A stretch of DNA of 41,544 nucleotides from Gammaproteobacteria bacterium (GTDB lineage Bacteria; Pseudomonadota; Gammaproteobacteria; GCA-001735895). Where the stretch lies: NCBI GenBank assembly GCA_050298595.1, contig JBNKUM010000023.1:1-41544 (forward strand), in the 5' to 3' direction. This document shows positions 41,334 through 41,544 of the stretch, piece by piece. A program made the position numbers and the translations under genes. Position 1 is the stretch's first letter; each line of letters starts with the position of its first letter. Under the pieces are notes generated by a model. The model saw nothing but the letters and a program-made list of their open reading frames with translations. It did not search any database and had not been told where the DNA came from.

Positions 41334-41544
41334 TGTTAATTGCGAGGACGCCTATATGGATGTAGTGTTAGGGCGAAGCACGACTCCATGGAGGGAGGAG
41401 GTAGAGCGAAGCAGGATGCTAGAGCCGAGGAGCCAGAGCCGAGCTTTCGACGTGGCAGGAGTGCTACAGGATGTAGCGTATACGGAAGCAAGGGATCTAA
41501 TCCCTTCGTCAGTGGGGTTTCTGCAAAGTTAGAGATCGCCGCGC
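41334..41544. repeat. Nested REP-like elements
   Basis: Two related 46-48 bp units, one inside the other, within a TTGCGAGGA..CGACGTGGCA..ATCT / AGATCGCCGCG palindrome. Confidence 0.65.

Larger units (their letters stand above)
32937..41544. mobile_element. AT-rich accessory island with repeat-bounded gene modules and a Y1 HUH transposase; runs off the window end
   Basis: Abrupt drop in GC after recD; defence TA pair, orphans, fragments, several repeat families. Confidence 0.75.

Noticed and set aside
32937-41544. Complete integron, prophage, retron or diversity-generating retroelement
   Set aside because: No integrase, phage structural gene or reverse transcriptase in the window; only one reasonably convincing attC-like site

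Overview
Gammaproteobacterial chromosome-origin region followed by an AT-rich accessory island. 1-32.9 kb is mostly core genome: GIDE-like gene and lemA, gyrB-recF-dnaN-[oriC]-dnaA, rpmH-rnpA-yidD-yidC-mnmE, a LOG-family gene, polA, a candidate sRNA at the polA-engB position, engB, cytochrome c4, dsbA, a type VI-like sulfide:quinone oxidoreductase (sqrF), a hybrid kinase plus REC-PP2C-kinase pair, and recCBD. Two parS sites lie inside recF. From the end of recD (32.9 kb) to the window end is a mosaic island: a darTG toxin-antitoxin/anti-phage pair with an attC-like site, orphan genes and gene fragments, a MerR/lipocalin-like module, and one intact RAYT-like Y1 HUH transposase. Most gene boundaries in the island carry short terminal motifs (GGGTCAG/CTGACCC, GACACCC/GGGTGTC). 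Many of these motifs are flanked by stuttered partial duplications, and coding DNA next to two of them is strongly G/T-skewed. The window ends in nested REP-like insertions. Best candidate for an undescribed system (inference): a HUH-nuclease-maintained cassette-capture/diversification locus. All calls come from reading motifs by eye; no database search was run.
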